Source: Phoronis australis
Lineage: Eukaryota > Animalia > Phoronida
NCBI GenBank assembly: GCA_002633005.1
Contig: NMRA01000040.1
Coordinates: forward strand, 203,362-267,361
Reading direction: 5' to 3'
Length of the DNA: 64,000 nt
Both the position numbers and the translations under genes were made by a program. How positions within the stretch are numbered: position 1 is the stretch's first letter; each line of letters opens with the position of its first letter. Shown piece after piece: positions 59,201 to 64,000 of this stretch. The notes under the pieces are model-generated. The model saw nothing but the letters and a program-made list of their open reading frames with translations, was not told where the DNA came from and made no database searches.

Positions 59201-62006
59201 TGCCATGTACATAAGTCAAAATCAACTAAACATAAAATGTCCCCTTTCTTGGTTTGCTGACATTTGTTGACACAATTCATTTTGGAAAACCCTACAAACT
59301 GGAGATGCCCGAAAGACTCCAGGGCTTATACTTAAAATATTTGGACCTATATTTGGGGGTTTGTTTGTGGAAAGTCCGAGTGCCTACCTGTGGGACTACT
59401 CCGTGCTCTTCCTGTGAGAAGGCAAAACCATCTGGAAAACACAATACAGCAGAATTAGTCCCGTTGTTCAATAAAAATGTTAGTGCACATTAACAGTTTA
59501 TAACAGAAATTGTAGTAGAGTATTTCTTAAATAACAGTTAGAACAGTCAGGGCTACACTGACTAAGGTGGCAAAATATTTTATTTTTCTACACTGGTTAA
59601 CATTACACAAGCAGTGAGCGAGAGTCAATTTGATGAGCTTCACAAAATAGGCTCCAAGATCTACATTTAAGCAGTGACTGTCGACACTGAAGCTAAGTAC
59701 TAATTACACCCACCCAGCACATTAGCTAATCATGAACCAAACCTTATTAAAATAACAACAAGCAAAACAATAGTCAAGACAAAAGCACTCAGTAGGCATG
59801 CAAGCGTGATACATAAGTAAGAAGGTGTGTTTTTACGCCGCACCCCTTTGTTAAAGCATATTAAGCAACTGAGATTAAAAAAGAAGAACACGACTGTCGT
59901 CCGAATGCAGAGATAAATGGAATTTATAAAAGTTGTGACAAATGCTGGGTTTTAAGAGCATCCAATCACTGCAGAAACTCTCGGACAGTCTTCAACAAGG
60001 CAGTGCCTGTTCTGACTAATAGAACACACTTAGCTGCCGGAAACATTGAAGAACATTAAGAATACTGCATTTGCTATGACTGAGAAACAGCCGTGATAGA
60101 ACATTACACTCCAAGGAAATTCCATCCTTGGTGTTCTTGTACACGCGGATGTGCAAGTGCGACAATACAGGTCCAGGTTACACAGGAAAGGATCCAAACT
60201 TTACACAGAGGGGACAAAATGGACTTGAATCCAAATGAAATTTCTTAGCAACAGCCGTCCTCATGCTGGTAAAATGTTAGATCCAATAAACGCCTTTGAC
60301 ACTCTGTGAAACACACACACAGGTAGTGACAAGCCCGGAAGAAACGGACAAACAACAATCTTTAGAACACCCATACTGCTAAAACAAATTGTTTACCACC
60401 CAAAAAACTCTCTAAAAAATACACAAACGTAAAAGGTGTTAAATGAGGCTTTCAAATACAACATCAAGAGTAAATCAGTAGGCACTGATAATGAGGAAAC
60501 TCTATGAACATTGAACTTTGCATCAACAAAAGTTTGATTGACAATATACTTACTCTAATAGGGAGTCGTAATTATCTTAAACTAGCAGAAATTGACTGGA
60601 TGCAATGTTCATTACGTGATTATATACAATGTGCAACTAGGCAAATTTTGGGGAATTTCAGGTTAATTCTGTGAAATGCCTACAATTGAACCTATAAGTT
60701 ATCTTTTCAGGCTTTGTGGAGGAATAGATATCAAGGACCTCAGATGTATTAACTCAGACAGGAGTTATTTACCATCAGACAAAAGTCTTGTACCAAAAAT
60801 GTGTGTCACAACCCGTGACTTCCTATTTCTCGTAGCTCACTTTTGTTTCTGGAATCAGTGGTTTGTGTGATTCCATTCTGGTACGTGAATCCCACATTTT
60901 TTTGAAGGAGGCTTTTGCGACAAGGTGGGCATCTCCTTTCCCAGTTTCATGATTCCTATCCCTTCCTCGAGCCTGTATGTTACCCCACATAACCAACAAC
61001 AATTCAAAAAGCAGAGCACTATGGTATCACACATGCATTGGAGAATCAAGTGACTAGAAAGCAATCTCAAGCTGGTCAAGTTCAGGGTGCCGACATAATA
61101 TGTAACCCTTTTACTGACAATTATTTTTAGAACAGCATTTTCCCTTGCCAAATTAATGTTCAGGATATGCATAACATTAAGGGTGCACTTATAACAAAAT
61201 GCTCCAAAATGACACCATACTTTGAGACAGAGAAAGAGTTAAATTTTTAAACCTAAGACCAAGGTTTTTAGAAAAGTAAGAAGTTTGTTGAAAAATGACA
61301 CACTTCAAAACCTGATTTTTGCTGAGTGTTTGTGAAAACTAATCTTTTGTTTCAGCAACAATATAATTAACCTGATTTCTAAGAAAAGACAAGTAACACA
61401 AAGTCATGAAAGTTTCCAATGTCCAGGGACGTTTAACTAACAATCGTAAGTTTTCAGATATTATTAGAGTTTTTAATGATGTAAGTCCTCTGCTTAGCAA
61501 TGCTTCATAAGTAGAGATATTACATATCGTCAACACAATATAGCCATCATCAGATTTTGCATAATAAGTTCTCAATTTTTTAATTCTTGTGAAACACCAG
61601 TCCCAGACAAATCTTATCTTATACAAAAACTAACGGACATTTTTAAGTTCATGAAAGAGACCCAGCTTAACACAACTCTCAAAACATTGCCATGGAAACA
61701 TCAGTTCAATGGTTTGAGACTACATAGTCACGTGATTCCGCACTGCATATCTAATCAAGTGGCAAGGATAGCACATGACAAGGTTTCCAAGCAAAAACAC
61801 ATCAAAAGTTGTGGTTCACAAACACCATCTTCCCGGACATAACGCAATTTTGTTGTGCTGGACCATCCCGAGTAGCCAACACACCCACTCGGGACAGTCG
61901 AACAAACTGCAGTCTTTGATCGGTGGACGACTACATGCTATTTGTTAGAAGAGCTTTTTGCTTGCCTTACATGCAATTTCACGCACATACACAGTATCTG
62001 AAGGCG

Positions 62007-62017
62007 TTAAGAGTTGG
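62007..62017 (-). CDS. Coding part of the terminal exon of the convergent gene (PNS*)
   Basis: On the - strand: gtcttgattttttag|CC AAC TCT TAA; completes the phase-1 codon of the previous exon; followed by long UTR-like sequence. Confidence 0.45.
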
Positions 62018-62320
62018 CTAAAAAATCAAGACATTTATTTTTTGCTCTCTTGATGGACTAGCCAACTCGATATTAGCGTGTCCAGCATATAAGCCCTGAA
62101 GTTTGCATTATGAGGAATTTTCAATGTTAGGAACATCTAACTTTAAACCATAATTCTTATAGGTCAAAGATGCTGATCACTATTCTTCACAGCCACAACA
62201 AAAGTTGTACTTCGTTGCTCCCTATTTTTGACCGGTGGCCCGGCATATGAGAACCACGGCAGAACAAAATACAAGGTGTTAGTTCAGTGTACTTCACTTT
62301 CTAAGTAAAGCCACACTTAC

Positions 62321-62406
62321 GTGCTGACTCCTGAGGTCTCGCAGGCTGCATACTACCTCGAGATCGACTGAACATATTCTTAAGTAGTTGAGATGCTTCT
62401 GTTAAT
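62321..62406 (-). CDS. Penultimate coding exon of an unidentified convergent gene
   Basis: On the - strand: cttttccatttttgtag|...|gtaagtgtg; open frame xLTEASQLLKNMFSRSRGSMQPARPQESA, 86 nt, phase 2-1. Confidence 0.6.
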
Positions 62407-62777
62407 CTACAAAAATGGAAAAGAATCATTGTATTGTCGCAACTAGGGAGACTTTTGTAACGGCTACATTGTAAATCTTCCTACAGACAGTTTTCAAAAC
62501 CCCCTAATCTTGACTACACAGTAGTGGTGTTCATTTTATGATACTACTATCCCAATGTAAATCGGACGTTGCCATGTAAACTTTTCAATTTTTGTCAATA
62601 TGAGCAACAAACTACTACAAAATAATATAACTGATTGTTTTTGTCAAGAGAAATGTAGAAATCGTATATCTATGGTTTAGCAAACAATCACTTTAAAAAT
62701 CAAATATGTGTGTTTTCGCACACTGAGTTAAACTAGTGTCATTTTATTCGAAACAGTAATAACTGCCAACCTAATAA

Positions 62778-63040
62778 AAATAGCATGATTCTGCTTTAGA
62801 ACACCAGATGGAGCAAATGGAAATAGCATAGTTCTGAGTTGCAACTCTAGATGGAGCAACAGGAATGGTTCTGTGTTAGAACAATAGATGGAGCAAATGG
62901 AAATAGCATGGTTCTGTGTTGCAACACTACATAGAGCAACAGGAATGGTTCTGTGTTAGAACAATAGATGGAGCAAATGGAAAATAACATGGTTCTATGA
63001 TGCAACACTAGATGGAGCAACAGGATGATTCTGTTTTACA
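62778..63040 (+). repeat. 80-bp higher-order minisatellite (two related ~37-43 bp subunits), ~3.3 copies
   Basis: aaatagcat at 62821 and 62901; aggaatggttctgtgttagaacaatagatggagcaaatgg at 62861 and 62941. Confidence 0.85.
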
Positions 63041-64000
63041 ATAAATGAAGTTACTATGAAGTACTTAATGTCTTTAAATAAGTTACTAGTTAAGAGCATT
63101 TATCAACTGAAGTCAAATGTCCGACATTAAACAAGTCAGTCAAAATAGTGCATTATTCACAGGAGACTATTTACCACATGACTAAATGTAACATTACAGT
63201 TTTATCCCTCAAAACACTGACCATCGACAGTGGATGTATGTTATGGCATTAACTGAATGCAGCAAGGTCTCATCACGGCAGAAAATATACAAACACAAAC
63301 AAATCCCAAGGGTGTTATCGGGTCCATTGTCCAGTTGCATGAAACAATTCCAAATAGTGACTCAACGAAGTTCCCTTAATCTAACTGCGTTTTTGCAGAC
63401 TTGTGAAAGCACTGACTGTGATTTATCATGTTGTTTTGGATTAATTTCATTAATGAACTAAGTCAAGAGAAAACTCTGCAATGAATTCTAAATGTTATTG
63501 AAAATAAGTTCAGATCTTTCCATGCAACATCCCTAATTCATGGACTAAGTCTGATTTATTATTGAACTAAGCATGTCATGAACACATCCACTACCACAAG
63601 AAACTATAAGAACACCATGTTTATCCACCTTCACTCTTATCAGGCTTCGGTGAGTCAGCATGCGTGAATAATTGGCTGATAAGCCACCTATGGAACTACT
63701 TTTGGCTGAATGGATGACCAGGCCATAAAATGATAATTACCCAAGACCAGTTAAATAATGCTCATGAAATAGTTAATACCTTCATGGCAATTTTGAAAGA
63801 GTGGGCATCTTCTGCTAGTCTTTCGCTGAAAGTGTTTTAAAAAACTTGGTTTACCGACCTCTGATTTTCTGGATTATGCAAACATTAAAATTCAAATTTG
63901 CAGCGTTTTCGTTTCCGCCATCATTATGCTATGAAAACAAGCAAAAATTGGCAACAATCCGTACAAGCAACAAAGAATATCTCGTAGCATCACCTAGGCT

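Noticed and set aside
62778-63040. Repeat array considered as CRISPR
   Set aside because: No unique spacers, degenerate units, eukaryotic context and no cas genes.

Overview
AT-rich, intron-rich animal genomic DNA, probably from an invertebrate; the taxon cannot be fixed from this window. It is dominated by one + strand gene for a type IV (basement-membrane) collagen chain of the alpha2-like class. I traced 35 coding exons by hand from 7651 to the stop at 54924. All have AG/GT boundaries with matching phases and total 5187 nt (1728 aa plus stop). They encode the 7S cysteine region, an interrupted Gly-X-Y helix and a complete 12-Cys NC1 domain. I did not find the signal-peptide/ATG exon; it probably lies upstream of the window. 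The 3'UTR runs to a poly(A) signal at 56184. A second, unidentified gene probably ends convergently on the - strand, with two small exons at 62321-62406 and 62007-62017 and a ~5.7 kb 3'UTR whose poly(A) signal lies ~90 bp from the collagen one. Introns carry non-autonomous mobile elements (Kolobok-like with TTAA target duplication, Helentron/DINE-1-like, MITEs, a tRNA-derived SINE) and tandem repeats. I see no clear new multi-gene system. The most notable signals are: (1) a triplicated 3' splice site before an NC1 exon whose upstream copies lead to an in-frame stop, (2) an extended miR-29 site in the collagen 3'UTR, (3) a tandem array of branch-point-like motifs before the 7S exon, (4) direct repeats bracketing an in-frame skippable helix exon, and (5) the abutting convergent 3' ends. 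Most entries in the ORF track are exon fragments, antisense shadows or noise.
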